Shown piece by piece: positions 26,535 through 37,284 of a stretch of 64,000 bases of DNA. The notes under the pieces are model-generated. The model ran no database searches. It was given only the letters and a program-made list of their open reading frames with translations, and was not told where the DNA came from. The position numbers and the translations under genes were made by a program. The first letter of the stretch is position 1. The number at the start of each line of letters is the position of its first letter. Source of the DNA: Dehalococcoidia bacterium (GTDB taxonomy: Bacteria > Chloroflexota > Dehalococcoidia > GIF9 > AB-539-J10); assembly GCA_030610855.1 (NCBI GenBank), contig JAUWQY010000006.1:153-64152 (forward strand), in the 5' to 3' direction.

Positions 26535-28286
26535 ATGGGCAAAATATGGAGAGTTTCAGGTCCTCTAGTTATAGCCGAGGGAATGAAAGGTTCCCAGGTT
26601 TATGAAGTTGTTGAGATAGGTGAAGAAGGGCTTGTCGGGGAGATAGTAGGACTGGAAGGGGACAGAGCGGTAATTCAAGCACACGAGGATACTTTGGGAT
26701 TGAAAGTCGGTGCGGTGGTGATAGGAACGGGAAGAATCTTAAGTGCTGAGCTAGGCCCCGGACTGGTGGGCTCTATTTATGATGGGTTGCAGAAATCTTT
26801 GCTTGCCCTGAGTGAGAATACCGGCCCATTCATAAAACGAGGGGTCAAAGCTTCGCCTCTTCCTCGAGACAAGAAATGGCAATTCACACCTCAAGTCAAG
26901 GTGGGGGATGCTGTTAGCCAGGGGGATATAATAGGCATAGTTCCCGAGACCAATCTGATAGAACACAGGATAATGGTGCCAGCAGGAATCAAAGGCACAG
27001 TAAAGGAGATACGCAAAGGCGACTACACCGTCGAAGAGCCTATAGCCTGGGTGGAACATGACGGGGAAGCAAAAGAACTCACGATGATGCAGCGATGGCC
27101 CGTAAGAAAGCCCAGGCCCTATAAGCAGAGATTCGATCCTTCAGGCTTACTCACTACTGGCATGCGGATTCTGGATTACATGTTCCCTTTGGCTCTCGGG
27201 GGCAAAGCGGCGATACCCGGGGGCTTTGGTACTGGAAAAACCGTTGCCCTGCAGCAACTGGCCAGATGGGCCCGGACACATCTGAACATCTATGTTGGCT
27301 GTGGTGAAAGGGGTAACGAGATGTCCGACGTGCTCTGTAGCTTCAGAGAACTCAAGGATCCCAACACAGGAAGACTACTGCAGGAGAAAGAGATCTTCAT
27401 AGCTAATACCTCCAACATGCCTGTGGTGGCCAGGGAGGCAAGCATTTTCGTCGGCATTACCATGGCCGAGTATTTCCGGGATATGGGTTACGATGTTTTG
27501 CTGGTTGCCGATTCAACTTCGAGATGGGCTGAAGCCATGAGGGAGATGAGTGGCAGGCTTGAGGAAATGCCCGGAGAGGAGGGCTTTCCCTCATATATGG
27601 GCTCTCGGCTTTCTTCTTTCTACGAAAGAGCGGGGATGGTTGAATGCCTGGGTAATCCTGGAAGAAGGGGATCAGTAACAGTGGCCGGTGCTGTGAGTCC
27701 CCCCGGAGCCGATTTCAGCGAACCCGTAACCCAGAACACACTGAGAATAATAGACGCACTGTATGCCTTAGAAGTCTCGCTGGCAAACAAGAGACATTTC
27801 CCGGCCATAAGCTGGCTCACCAGCTATAGCCTTTATGTAGACGCGGTCAGAGACTGGTGGAATGAGTATGATGCAGGGTGGGAGAATACCAGGGCCAGTG
27901 CCTTGAGACTATTGCAGCAGGAGGCTGAACTTGAGGAGATCGTCAGACTCGTGGGTCCCGAAGCTCTGCCTGAAGGAGACAAACTGCTGCTTCTTGTCTC
28001 CAGGATGATACGCGAGGACTTTCTCCAGCAGAGCGCTTATCATGAAGTTGATACCTACTGCGTGCCGACAAAAGCCGGCCTCATGCTCAAAACTATCATG
28101 AAGTTCTATGAGCTAGCCCAGGAGATGCTAAGTGCAGGGTCAGGTATTGAGAGCATCCGCTCATCACCGATGGTGTACAGAATATCCAGGATGAAGGATA
28201 TACCCAACGAGGTCGCCGAACAGAGAATCAAGGAATTGTGGGCGGAGATGGAACAAGGCCTGGTAACCGGCAAACGGGTTCCCTGA
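26535..28286 (+). CDS. atpA: V/A-type ATP synthase catalytic subunit A.
   Basis: P-loop GGFGTGKTV, the non-homologous insert region, and [12 protein letters not shown] motifs. Length 583 aa. Confidence 0.95.
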   Translation: MGKIWRVSGPLVIAEGMKGSQVYEVVEIGEEGLVGEIVGLEGDRAVIQAHEDTLGLKVGAVVIGTGRILSAELGPGLVGSIYDGLQKSLLALSENTGPFIKRGVKASPLPRDKKWQFTPQVKVGDAVSQGDIIGIVPETNLIEHRIMVPAGIKGTVKEIRKGDYTVEEPIAWVEHDGEAKELTMMQRWPVRKPRPYKQRFDPSGLLTTGMRILDYMFPLALGGKAAIPGGFGTGKTVALQQLARWARTHLNIYVGCGERGNEMSDVLCSFRELKDPNTGRLLQEKEIFIANTSNMPVVAREASIFVGITMAEYFRDMGYDVLLVADSTSRWAEAMREMSGRLEEMPGEEGFPSYMGSRLSSFYERAGMVECLGNPGRRGSVTVAGAVSPPGADFSEPVTQNTLRIIDALYALEVSLANKRHFPAISWLTSYSLYVDAVRDWWNEYDAGWENTRASALRLLQQEAELEEIVRLVGPEALPEGDKLLLLVSRMIREDFLQQSAYHEVDTYCVPTKAGLMLKTIMKFYELAQEMLSAGSGIESIRSSPMVYRISRMKDIPNEVAEQRIKELWAEMEQGLVTGKRVP

Positions 28287-28302
28287 GCAAAGGAGGACTC
28301 CA

Positions 28303-29700
28303 ATGGATTTTTCATCACTGTACATTAAGGAAGGAAGGGCAATCAGCAGAGCCGCGGGAGCTTTACTCGTAGCGGAAAGCATCCCCGGCATAATGCTCAA
28401 TGAGATAGTTGATGTTCAACTTGGGAACGGTGAGGTCAAAAGCGGTCAGGCAATAGACATCAGTAAGGAGGCAACCATAGTCCAGGTATTTGGCGGTGTC
28501 AGCGAAGTGGACCTGGTCGCAAGTAGGATAAGGTGTAAAGGCCAGACCTTAAGGCTGCCCGTATCCGTTGACATTTTAGGAAGGATCTTCAATGGCATGG
28601 GAGAGCCTATAGATGGAGGCCCACAGGTGATCCCCGAAGAATACCTGGATATTAACGGTGAGCCCATGAACCCGGCAAGCCGCCAGCCTCCGGCAGAGTT
28701 CATTGAAACTGGAATCTCGGCCATAGACGGCCTGAACGCATTAGTAAGAGGACAGAAATTGCCCATTTTCAGCGGTTCGGGACTGCCGCACAACCGAATT
28801 GTAGCTCAGATAATCAGGCAGGCGGCCGTAAAGGGCAAGGAGGAGAAGTTCGCTCTCGTATTTGCCGCTATTGGGATCAGCTACGATGATGCCTCCTTCT
28901 TCATGAGGAATCTCGAGAGGACAGGTGCCCTGGAGAGAACGGTCGCCTTCATCAATACCGCGTCAGACCCTGTTATTGAGCGAATATCAACGCCGAGGTT
29001 AGCCTTGACCGCAGCCGACTATCTGGCATGGAAACAGCATATGCATGTACTGGTGATACTAACCGACATGACGAATTATTGCGAAGCTCTCCGCGAACTT
29101 TCCTCCATGCGTGAGGAGATACCTTCCAGAAGAGGATATCCCGGTTATATGTACACTGATCTTGCCACGATGTATGAGAGAGCAGGAAGGCTTGCCCAAA
29201 TGGAGGGGTCAGTAACTATAATGCCCATTCTGACCATGCCCGACGATGACATAACCCATCCCATACCGGACCTTACCGGCTACATAACAGAGGGGCAGAT
29301 TGTTCTGTCCCGAAACCTAGAAAGAAAAGGCGTATACCCGCCAATAGACGTATTCTTATCGCTATCGCGGATGATGAAAGAAGGGATCGGGCCGGGCAAG
29401 ACCAGGGAGGATCACAACAACGTCTTCATGCAATCCTATGCTGCTTATGCTGAAGGGTGCTATCTCAGGGAGATATCCACCATCATAGGTGCTGAGGCGC
29501 TGGGTGAAAGAGATAAGATATACTTGACCAACGCCGATGAGTTCGAGAGGAAATTCATATCTCAGGGCGAGTGGGAAAAAAGGACGATTGAGAACACCCT
29601 GGATATAGCCTGGGCACTGTTCTCGGCGCTGCCCAAAGAGGACCTGAAACTGATTAAAGAGGAATTCATCAATAAGTACCTTCCCAATCGCCAGGAATAG
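28303..29700 (+). CDS. atpB: V/A-type ATP synthase subunit B.
   Basis: 465 aa. Has SGSGLPHN in place of the P-loop, and [14 protein letters not shown]. Confidence 0.95.
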   Translation: MDFSSLYIKEGRAISRAAGALLVAESIPGIMLNEIVDVQLGNGEVKSGQAIDISKEATIVQVFGGVSEVDLVASRIRCKGQTLRLPVSVDILGRIFNGMGEPIDGGPQVIPEEYLDINGEPMNPASRQPPAEFIETGISAIDGLNALVRGQKLPIFSGSGLPHNRIVAQIIRQAAVKGKEEKFALVFAAIGISYDDASFFMRNLERTGALERTVAFINTASDPVIERISTPRLALTAADYLAWKQHMHVLVILTDMTNYCEALRELSSMREEIPSRRGYPGYMYTDLATMYERAGRLAQMEGSVTIMPILTMPDDDITHPIPDLTGYITEGQIVLSRNLERKGVYPPIDVFLSLSRMMKEGIGPGKTREDHNNVFMQSYAAYAEGCYLREISTIIGAEALGERDKIYLTNADEFERKFISQGEWEKRTIENTLDIAWALFSALPKEDLKLIKEEFINKYLPNRQE

Positions 29701-29717
29701 AATCGAGCGCAGGGCAA

Positions 29718-30353
29718 ATGCCGGAATTAATCAAGGTTAGACCCACCAAGATCGAGCTGGTAAGACTAAAACGCAGGCTCTCCTTAGCGCGAAGAGTGCA
29801 GAAGATAGTCAAGGACAGGCTTTCCATACTAACGACCGAATTCCTGCAAACAGCGAGAGAGACAGTGGATGTCAAGAGAAGACTCCTTGATAACTTGACT
29901 GAACTCTACAGGGCGCTATCAATCGCCTCCGGATACCATGGGTACATCGCCCTGGAGAAGGAGCTAATAGCCACTGAGGCTGATTTGAAAGTTATTCCTG
30001 GCTCAAGGAACATCGCCGGTGTGCGAGTTCCGTCTTTTGAACTGGTGGACAGTCCCGACAAGGTCGGGATGAGGGGCTACAGCCTGGCTGATACATCCTC
30101 GTGGCTGGACCGCGCGGCGCAACTATCTGGAGAATGCCTCGGAGTTACTGTGGAATTAGCTGAGCTTCAGAGGACTTTCGAATTGCTGGCAGCGGAAATC
30201 AACAGGACAAAAAGGATAACTAACGCCTTAGAATATATAGTAATTCCAGGGTTACAGGTCACGATAAATTACTTGAATATGAAGTTCGAGGAAAGAGATA
30301 GAGAGGAGAAAGCACGTCTGAAACGTGTGAAAGTGCTGGTTGCTCGAGGATAG
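29718..30353 (+). CDS. atpD: V/A-type ATP synthase subunit D.
   Basis: 211 aa coiled-coil central stalk protein (KLRLKRRLSLARRVQKIVKDRL...). Confidence 0.9.
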   Translation: MPELIKVRPTKIELVRLKRRLSLARRVQKIVKDRLSILTTEFLQTARETVDVKRRLLDNLTELYRALSIASGYHGYIALEKELIATEADLKVIPGSRNIAGVRVPSFELVDSPDKVGMRGYSLADTSSWLDRAAQLSGECLGVTVELAELQRTFELLAAEINRTKRITNALEYIVIPGLQVTINYLNMKFEERDREEKARLKRVKVLVARG

Positions 30354-30357
30354 ACGA

Positions 30358-30816
30358 ATGCCTGAGCCACTACACGATGAAACAAAGCAGTCTCCCTATG
30401 AAAAGATGCTTCAGGAATGCTTAACAAACGAGCTCAGGGTCGTGAATGCCGGTTTGCCACGCAGCCAGAAGCGGTTATCAGATTTATTGAGCGAGCAATA
30501 TCCTCATGCAATATGTAACGATGGCAGCACCCACTCGTTCAAGAAGAGGGAACTCGAGTATCTGGCAAGCATTCTAGATACCGTTGAGCAAGAAGCATTG
30601 TTATTGCCCATCCTTATAGAGGTAGGTGCAGATCAAGCTGAGGCATCCATAATATGCGAAGGAAAAGTGGAGGAGAAGGTGATATCAAAAGCGCTTGATA
30701 TGCCGCTAACCTGCGAACACCGAAGGATCAGGATATATAGACCGCAGCTAGCCTTGCTGAGGAGTAAGCTGAAGACGACAACAGCATATGTATTCTCTGC
30801 CAGAATCGTTGTCTGA
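30358..30816 (+). CDS. Hypothetical protein, apparently co-transcribed as the last gene of the V/A-ATPase operon.
   Basis: The ORF (30340-30816) overlaps the atpD stop. The likely start is MPEPLH at 30358. No recognised motifs. Confidence 0.5.
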   Translation: MPEPLHDETKQSPYEKMLQECLTNELRVVNAGLPRSQKRLSDLLSEQYPHAICNDGSTHSFKKRELEYLASILDTVEQEALLLPILIEVGADQAEASIICEGKVEEKVISKALDMPLTCEHRRIRIYRPQLALLRSKLKTTTAYVFSARIVV

Positions 30817-31047
30817 GCTGCCCAGCCACGGCCTGGCTTTCTCATTTCTGTGCCGCCGAATCACATTCGGCTGCAAAGAACGGCGCCACAAAGGTGATCG
30901 AGAGGAGCCCTGATGAATCACGACCCATCAGGACGAAGTAATTGCGGTGAGGAAGCGGACTGGCAGGCTCGACTCGCACTGAGAGACAGCATTGAGTGAT
31001 TTGTGCAGAAAACCGCTAAAAAGCGTTGCCTTCCGGGACAAAGGCCA

Positions 31048-31076
31048 TTGACAAACATCTGCACTTAAGAGATAAT
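31048..31076 (+). promoter_or_regulatory. Consensus sigma-70 promoter (TTGACA-17 bp-GATAAT) for rpsP. The transcript is near-leaderless.
   Basis: ttgacaaacatctgcacttaagaGATAAT ends 11 nt before the rpsP ATG. There is no SD. Confidence 0.45.
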
Positions 31077-31087
31077 CCCCTTATCAA

Positions 31088-31357
31088 ATGGTTAGAATCA
31101 GATTACGCCGCATGGGGAGGAGAAACAGACCATCCTACCGGGTGGTAGTTTGCGATAGCCGCTCTCCCCGCGACGGTAAGTTTGTCGAGATTATCGGGCA
31201 TTATGATCCTTTGACCGAGCCTGCAACTACTGTCATCAACGAAGAAAAAGCTCTGAAGTGGCTTAGATGTGGGGCCCAGCCCTCGGATACGGTGCGCAGC
31301 TTGCTTAATAAACTGGGCATTATGGATAAATTCAAGCCGGCCTCAGGCCAGAACTAA
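31088..31357 (+). CDS. rpsP: 30S ribosomal protein S16.
   Basis: [41 protein letters not shown]. Confidence 0.9.
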   Translation: MVRIRLRRMGRRNRPSYRVVVCDSRSPRDGKFVEIIGHYDPLTEPATTVINEEKALKWLRCGAQPSDTVRSLLNKLGIMDKFKPASGQN

Positions 31358-31373
31358 CTACTAAGGAGGCGAA

Positions 31374-31601
31374 ATGAAAGACCTGGTGGAATACATTGTT
31401 AAAGCCATTGTGGCAGAACCGGATCAAGTAAAGATTACCGAAGAAGATAGTGATGACGGCTTATTAATCAAGTTGGAGGTCGCCCCCGATGACAAGGGCA
31501 GGGTTATCGGCAGGCAGGGTCGCGTAGCTCAAGCGATGCGTACGCTGCTTCGAGTGAAGGCAGCTAGGGAAGAGAAAAGAGTCAGACTGGAAATCCTGTA
31601 G
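31374..31601 (+). CDS. KH-domain RNA-binding protein (YlqC/UPF0109).
   Basis: 75 aa, with a VIGRQGRVAQAMRTLL GxxG-type KH motif. It occupies the classic position after rpsP. Confidence 0.8.
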   Translation: MKDLVEYIVKAIVAEPDQVKITEEDSDDGLLIKLEVAPDDKGRVIGRQGRVAQAMRTLLRVKAAREEKRVRLEIL

Positions 31602-32067
31602 TCAACGTTGATAGCAGTCCATTCCCAGGATTCGTTAATCCCCAATCATACATAAGAGTCTGGGCGCGTCTTCGCAGGAGGACGGTGACGCTCTTGAAAG
31701 GGATTATCTGATCGTTCTTCTCGCCGTATCCGGCAACACATTTCTCTCGTCTTCCGAGTAGCGCCCGTGCGGCTCAAACCAAGCTTCCTCTTTGGAGCCA
31801 GGTTCTCCATAACAAGCAAGCAACTACAGCTCGTATGCGGTTGACCTCGCTCATAAACAACTCCTCATTCTTGTCCATCTTGGACTTCCTGATGCAGTTG
31901 CACTGCGCTCCCGGAGCTCCACCCAAACAAGCGTTGTTATCATCCCTCGCGGTCTGGCTTTCTTATACCTGCGCCGGGAGGGCTTATCGCGCTTCTCGCT
32001 AAAGCCAGCCGTCCGATTTTCAATCAAGCACAACAATTGCTACAATCATGCTACAAAGCAAAAGGAG

Positions 32068-33258
32068 GTGTACATGGACTTTTCGCTTACAGACGAACAA
32101 AAATCTCGTAGCAGGGAGTTCTATGACACATGCAAGGACCTCAGCAAGAAGAGACCGCCGAGCCTTGTGGGGTTTGAGGCCATCTACGAACTGGATGAGT
32201 GTTGGGAGTACAACATGTATTGCGCTAAGGAATTCGCCAAGAAAGGATGGCTTGCCCTTGGCTGGCCCAGCGAATATGGCGGTAGTGGAGACATGATGAA
32301 CCGTGTTCTCTTTGCTGAAGCCAGAGGGTACTACGGCACTCCCGGAGTAGATATTTTTGGAGTGCAGATGCTTGCCCCAACGCTGTTGCAGGCCGCGAGC
32401 GAAGAGATAAAGAGAGAGTTTCTGCCACCTATTGCCCGTGGGGAGGTTATGTGGTGTGAGCTTTGGAGCGAACCCAATGCCGGCTCGGACCTGGCCGCTC
32501 TGGCCGCAACGGCAGTAAGAAAAGGTGATGAGTACGTCATAAACGGTCAGAAAACCTGGAATACCGGCGCTCACCGGGCCCACTGGGGCTTCGGCGTGTT
32601 CAAGACGGACCCGGCAGCTCGAAAACATCACAACATGACGTTCCTTCTGCTGGATATGAAGACGCCGGGGATCACGATAAGGCCGATCCCTTACCTGGAT
32701 GGCAGTGCTCCTTATTGCGAGGTCTATTTCGATGATGTCCGTGTGCCGGCCAAAAACATTGTCGGCCAGGAACACGAAGGCTGGGCGGTTGTAAATCTTC
32801 TGGCCGGTTTCGAGAGATCCGGCATAAACGAAATCATGAGCATGATGCGCGGGCTAGAACAGCTGGTGGCATTTTGCAACGAGACCAAACGACACGGGCA
32901 GCCACTGGCCAAGGACCCGCTCGTTCGCAACCGGTTGGCTCAACTGGCCTGCGAATTGGCGGCTGCCCGAGCCCTGGCATACCGTGTTGCTGATTTACAG
33001 AACAGAAACGAAATGTCCCTCATGGATGCCTCAGCAGGTAAGATCTTCTTCAGTGAACTGGGCGAGCGCTTCGCTTTCATGGCTGGCGATATTCTAGGCC
33101 CCTATGGCCAGGTCAGGACTTCCCGATGGGCTCCTTTAAACGGGATATGGGAGAAGATGTTTCACGAGCATTTCATAACCACCATATCTATGGGAACAAA
33201 TGAGATACAGAGGAACATCATCGCCTGGTACGGCCTGGGCTTGCCCAGGATGAGATGA
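32068..33258 (+). CDS. Acyl-CoA dehydrogenase.
   Basis: ACAD N, middle and C domains are present. The C-terminal GTNEIQRNIIA carries the catalytic Glu. Confidence 0.9.
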   Translation: MYMDFSLTDEQKSRSREFYDTCKDLSKKRPPSLVGFEAIYELDECWEYNMYCAKEFAKKGWLALGWPSEYGGSGDMMNRVLFAEARGYYGTPGVDIFGVQMLAPTLLQAASEEIKREFLPPIARGEVMWCELWSEPNAGSDLAALAATAVRKGDEYVINGQKTWNTGAHRAHWGFGVFKTDPAARKHHNMTFLLLDMKTPGITIRPIPYLDGSAPYCEVYFDDVRVPAKNIVGQEHEGWAVVNLLAGFERSGINEIMSMMRGLEQLVAFCNETKRHGQPLAKDPLVRNRLAQLACELAAARALAYRVADLQNRNEMSLMDASAGKIFFSELGERFAFMAGDILGPYGQVRTSRWAPLNGIWEKMFHEHFITTISMGTNEIQRNIIAWYGLGLPRMR

Positions 33259-33279
33259 ATCGACTTTCTACAAGGAGGA

Positions 33280-34416
33280 ATGATGGATCTTAGATTTACG
33301 GAAGAACAGGAAATACTGAGGCAAACAGCGCGGGGTTTTCTAGCGGCGGAATGTCCCAAGACCCTGGTAAGAGAACTGGAACAAAGTGAAAAGGGATACT
33401 CTCCGGAACTGTGGAAGAAGATGGCTGAGCTGGGATGGATGGGGCTGATCATACCTGAGGAATACGGAGGTATAGGTTATACGTTCCAGGACCTGACCGT
33501 CCTCCTGGAGGAGATAGGCAGAAACATTCTTCCTGGACCATTCGTAGCTACTACGACTAGCACTTTCCCTATACTCGAGGCGGGAACTGAAGAACAGAAG
33601 AAGGGATTACTCCCTGAGATAGCTCAAGGTGACCTGATTCTCACTACGGCTCTCCTCGAAAGCGATGGCGTCTTCGATGCTTCTGGAATCGCCATCAAGG
33701 CAGCACCGAAAGGAGATGCCTTCATAATAGACGGTACAAAGCTCTTCGTCGACATGGCTCATGTTGCAGGCCACATCATCTGCGTCACAAGGACAAAAGA
33801 AGGAACTGCACCCGAGAAGGGAATTACCCTTTTCATCGTCGACTCCGCGACTGCAGGAATAAGCTGTCAGGTAATGCCTACCACTTCCCAGGACAAGCTA
33901 TGCGAGGTGCGTTTCGAGAATGTGAACGTGCCCAAGAAGAACGTACTCGGTACAATAGACGAGGGCTGGGCCATCGTGGAAATGATGTTACGCAAAGGCG
34001 CCATCGCCAGGTGTGCCGAATCCATAGGCGCCATACAGACCTGTGTAGAGATGACCGTGGCGTACGCCAAAGAAAGGGTTCAGTACGAGAGGCCCGTAGG
34101 CGCTTTCCAGGCACTTCAACATATCATGGCTGACATGTGGACCGCGATGGAAACCAGCCGTTACCTGGTCTATGAGGCAGCCTGGATGGAATCGAATGGT
34201 CTTCCCTGCACCAAAGAAGCTTCCATGGCTAAGGCATATGTCAACGAGGTCTACAGGAATGTCAGCAAGTGGGCAGTGAGACTACACGGGGCAATCGCCA
34301 CCAGCAATGACCATGACATACCCCTGTATTACCGCAGAAGCAAGGCCGCGGATACTGCCTTTGGCAGCACCGACTTCCACAGGGAGATAGTGGCCCGGCA
34401 AATCGGGCTGGTCTAA
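33280..34416 (+). CDS. Acyl-CoA dehydrogenase (second, tandem).
   Basis: ACAD fold throughout. The C-terminal FGSTDFHREIVAR has Asp at the usual catalytic-Glu position. Confidence 0.85.
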   Translation: MMDLRFTEEQEILRQTARGFLAAECPKTLVRELEQSEKGYSPELWKKMAELGWMGLIIPEEYGGIGYTFQDLTVLLEEIGRNILPGPFVATTTSTFPILEAGTEEQKKGLLPEIAQGDLILTTALLESDGVFDASGIAIKAAPKGDAFIIDGTKLFVDMAHVAGHIICVTRTKEGTAPEKGITLFIVDSATAGISCQVMPTTSQDKLCEVRFENVNVPKKNVLGTIDEGWAIVEMMLRKGAIARCAESIGAIQTCVEMTVAYAKERVQYERPVGAFQALQHIMADMWTAMETSRYLVYEAAWMESNGLPCTKEASMAKAYVNEVYRNVSKWAVRLHGAIATSNDHDIPLYYRRSKAADTAFGSTDFHREIVARQIGLV

Positions 34417-34698
34417 AATCCCGACTCACAACAAGCAGCCTATTAGCCCTTCAGAGATGAGGGGCTAAGTCTGTGCCCGTCCGCGTTTGATACTGTCAAC
34501 GCAAAGATGTGTCTCTGTGCTCTTTGTCAATCGCTATGATATTAGGAGCATTTACAAGTTAGAATCTCTTTGCTATACTTCCACCAGAGGCAGCCTTGTA
34601 TTCTTGCTCACGCAACATCAGACATCATGGCAATCTCAAGTAATACGACATCAGGAGTTATCGGCCACACGCTGCTGTAGGCATGCGGCTTCTTTACC

Positions 34699-36183
34699 GT
34701 GAACTCGTCCCATCATTCGCTTCTGACAGACCGTTGCCGGGCCAAGAGCGTGAAGAATACGCATCAACATAGTCTGGAGTTTCTTTTCCACCCCAGTTCA
34801 GTCGCCCTCGTAGGCATCACAACTACCAACCCCTGGCATTGGACACGCACTTTCCTGGATGCCCTTATCGAATCCGAATTCGATCGCCCCCTCTACCTCG
34901 TCAATCCGAAGGGAGGCGAGATCAAGGGTCATAAGGTGCATACCAGCCTCAAAGACGTCCCGGGCAACATCGACTACGTGATCGGCCTGGTCAATGCGCA
35001 TACTGCTGCCAGGCTTGTGGAAGAATGTGCCGAAAAAGGCGTACGGGCAGTTCACTTCTGTACGGCGGGTTTCAGTGAGACCGGCGAGGATGAGAGAATA
35101 AGGCTGGAATCTCAGCTGGTGGAAGTCGCCCGCAGAACGGGAATCAGGATTATCGGTCCTAACTGCATGGGCATTTACTGTCCTCAATCACGCCTATCCT
35201 TCAGTCCCTCCTTGCCCAAAGAGCGCGGCCCGGTGGGGTTCATCAGTCAAAGCGGCGGCAATTCCATCTATCTGGTGAGGCAGGCAGCGTTGCGAGGCGT
35301 TCGCTTCAGCAAGGTCATAAGCTACGGCAATGCATGTGACATCAATGAAAACGATCTGCTCGAATACCTTGCTAACGACGCAGATACCAGAATAATATGC
35401 CTTTACATCGAGGGAGTTAAGGATGGGAGACGATTCCGCAGGGCCCTGGAGAAGGCAACGAAGGAAAAGACAGTGATCTTGCTCAAAGGAGGAACTACCG
35501 AGGGGGGAGCTCGAGCAGTTGCCGGTCATACGGCAGCACTCGCTGGAAGCCGGTCCACCTGGGAGGCCCTCTGTAAGCAGTTGGGAATCATCAGTGTCTG
35601 TAACCTCGACGAGATGGTAGATGTACTGGTCACACTTCTGTTCTTGCCGCTTCCCAGGGGCAGGAATGCAGTGTTGTTCGGTGCCGGAGGTGGAGCCAGC
35701 GTTCTGATCGCTGACGAATTCGAAAACAGAGGGCTAAGAGTCCCGGCACTCCCTAAGGAGATAGTTGCCCGGATACGGGAGTTTACTCCCGCCGCGGGCA
35801 ACATCCTGCGAAACCCCGTGGACTATTCACAGAACATGATGGATGCTGAGAGCACGAGCAAAACCTTCGATATATTGTCAAGGTGGGAAGGAACTGACTT
35901 CGTGGTCACGTTTATCAGGACGGGTCAATTCGTACTGCCCTGGCTTTCGGAATCACGGATAAACATGTTAGTGGGTAGGTTTGGGGCAAAGCAGGGTCAT
36001 TCCCCCAAGCCGGTGGCAATGGTGCTTGAACCCAGTATTCTGCCCCAAGAGGCGGAGGCCATTCTCGCCGCGATTCGAGAATGTATTTCATCCGGGTTGC
36101 CTGTCTACTACTCGTTTGCTGCCGCCGCCAACGCTATCAATCTCGTATTGAGCCACGCGGAGAAGCACTCTGAAACAGCTTGA
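34699..36183 (+). CDS. CoA-binding-domain protein / ADP-forming acyl-CoA synthetase alpha-like subunit.
   Basis: PSSVALVGITT (CoA-binding Rossmann), IIGPNCMGIY and FISQSGG are succinyl-CoA-synthetase-alpha-like motifs. The true start is probably a GTG near 34758. Confidence 0.7.
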   Translation: MNSSHHSLLTDRCRAKSVKNTHQHSLEFLFHPSSVALVGITTTNPWHWTRTFLDALIESEFDRPLYLVNPKGGEIKGHKVHTSLKDVPGNIDYVIGLVNAHTAARLVEECAEKGVRAVHFCTAGFSETGEDERIRLESQLVEVARRTGIRIIGPNCMGIYCPQSRLSFSPSLPKERGPVGFISQSGGNSIYLVRQAALRGVRFSKVISYGNACDINENDLLEYLANDADTRIICLYIEGVKDGRRFRRALEKATKEKTVILLKGGTTEGGARAVAGHTAALAGSRSTWEALCKQLGIISVCNLDEMVDVLVTLLFLPLPRGRNAVLFGAGGGASVLIADEFENRGLRVPALPKEIVARIREFTPAAGNILRNPVDYSQNMMDAESTSKTFDILSRWEGTDFVVTFIRTGQFVLPWLSESRINMLVGRFGAKQGHSPKPVAMVLEPSILPQEAEAILAAIRECISSGLPVYYSFAAAANAINLVLSHAEKHSETA

Positions 36184-36266
36184 GGCCTCAGAAGCGAGGC
36201 CTTTGAACGCCAATGTTACATGCAAGGGTTTGTTCAGGATTGAGCGTTTGGAGTTTGTGATACAAG

Positions 36267-37073
36267 GTGGGTACACCCCGGAGCTATCAAACACAAGGTA
36301 TCGTCTTAAGGCAAAGCAAGCTGGGCGAATTCGACAAAATTGTCACCATCTATACTCCCGAATTCGGCAAGCTGAGGGCAGTCGCTAAGGGAGCGTGTCG
36401 TCCCAAGAGCAAACTGGGTGGCAATGTAGAACCATTGACGCATAGCTTGATGTTTCTGGCTAAAGGGCGCAACCTCGATATTGTTACTCAAAGTCAAACG
36501 ATAAATGGTTTCCCTGCTCTGAAGAGCGACTTGCGGCGCCTTGCCTGTGCCCTTTACATCTTAGAGGTGGTTGATTCCTTTACTGCGGAGGGCGGTGAGA
36601 ATCGTCCTTCGTTCGATTTGCTGCTCGAGACCCTTGATCAATTGAGCCAGCCTGAGAGCAATGACATTGCTCTACGCTATTTCGAGCTGCACCTTCTTCA
36701 TCATCTCGGTTACCGCCCCCAGTTACATCGATGTGTTAGCTGTGATTCTCCTCTCGAACCCGAGGTCAACTTTTTCTGCTCCGGCAAAGGCGGAATTCTC
36801 TGTCCTCGTTGCAGCTCAGATGAGAGCATGCAATACGAGCGAACAGAGGTGAGTTCACCGAGATCATCTTCTCCCCTGTCGGTCGAGGCTCTGAAGGTTC
36901 TTCGTTTGTGGCAAAGCTGTGACTATGCTACGGCAAGGCGGGTCAGAGTAAGACCGGATCTATCCCGGGAGCTAGAGCGGGTATTGCACGAGTACATAAG
37001 ACATATCTTACAGCGGGAGCTTAAATCGTTGACCTGGCTAAAGCAGGTAGATAAGGAAAGCGCCCCCACGTGA
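36267..37073 (+). CDS. recO: DNA repair protein RecO.
   Basis: N-terminal OB domain (GIVLRQSKLGEFDKIVTIYT). C4 zinc motif CVSCDS...CPRC. Confidence 0.85.
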   Translation: MGTPRSYQTQGIVLRQSKLGEFDKIVTIYTPEFGKLRAVAKGACRPKSKLGGNVEPLTHSLMFLAKGRNLDIVTQSQTINGFPALKSDLRRLACALYILEVVDSFTAEGGENRPSFDLLLETLDQLSQPESNDIALRYFELHLLHHLGYRPQLHRCVSCDSPLEPEVNFFCSGKGGILCPRCSSDESMQYERTEVSSPRSSSPLSVEALKVLRLWQSCDYATARRVRVRPDLSRELERVLHEYIRHILQRELKSLTWLKQVDKESAPT

Positions 37074-37083
37074 TTTTCGTAAC

Positions 37084-37112
37084 TTGACAAGCATTTCATG
37101 GGGGGTTAGAAT
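37084..37112 (+). promoter_or_regulatory. Putative sigma-70 promoter (TTGACA-17 bp-TAGAAT) for trkA-trkH, followed by a ~170-nt leader.
   Basis: ttgacaagcatttcatggggggtTAGAAT. Confidence 0.4.
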
Positions 37113-37284
37113 CCCTGGACTGTCGAAGGCGGTGCAATATCACAGTAATGGAAATGGAGAGTGCTTGGTATTCTAAGTAAACCTTCGAGTTCTTCTGCTC
37201 ATCTGAGCTGCAACTCCCCTTTTCCGCACCAGTTCATCAGTTCATTGAAAGGATGACGAAGTAACTCGCCATCGGAGAGAAGCA

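Noticed and set aside
32020-32775. 251-aa minus-strand ORF.
   Set aside because: It is antisense to the first acyl-CoA dehydrogenase and has low-complexity composition.
37113-37284. Looked for a c-di-AMP (ydaO-type) riboswitch in the ~170-nt trkA leader. Such riboswitches commonly regulate K+ transporters.
   Set aside because: I could not find the conserved G-rich pseudo-two-fold motifs (ACGGGGA.../...CCGA..GGGG), so the leader is reported only as an unusually long 5' UTR.
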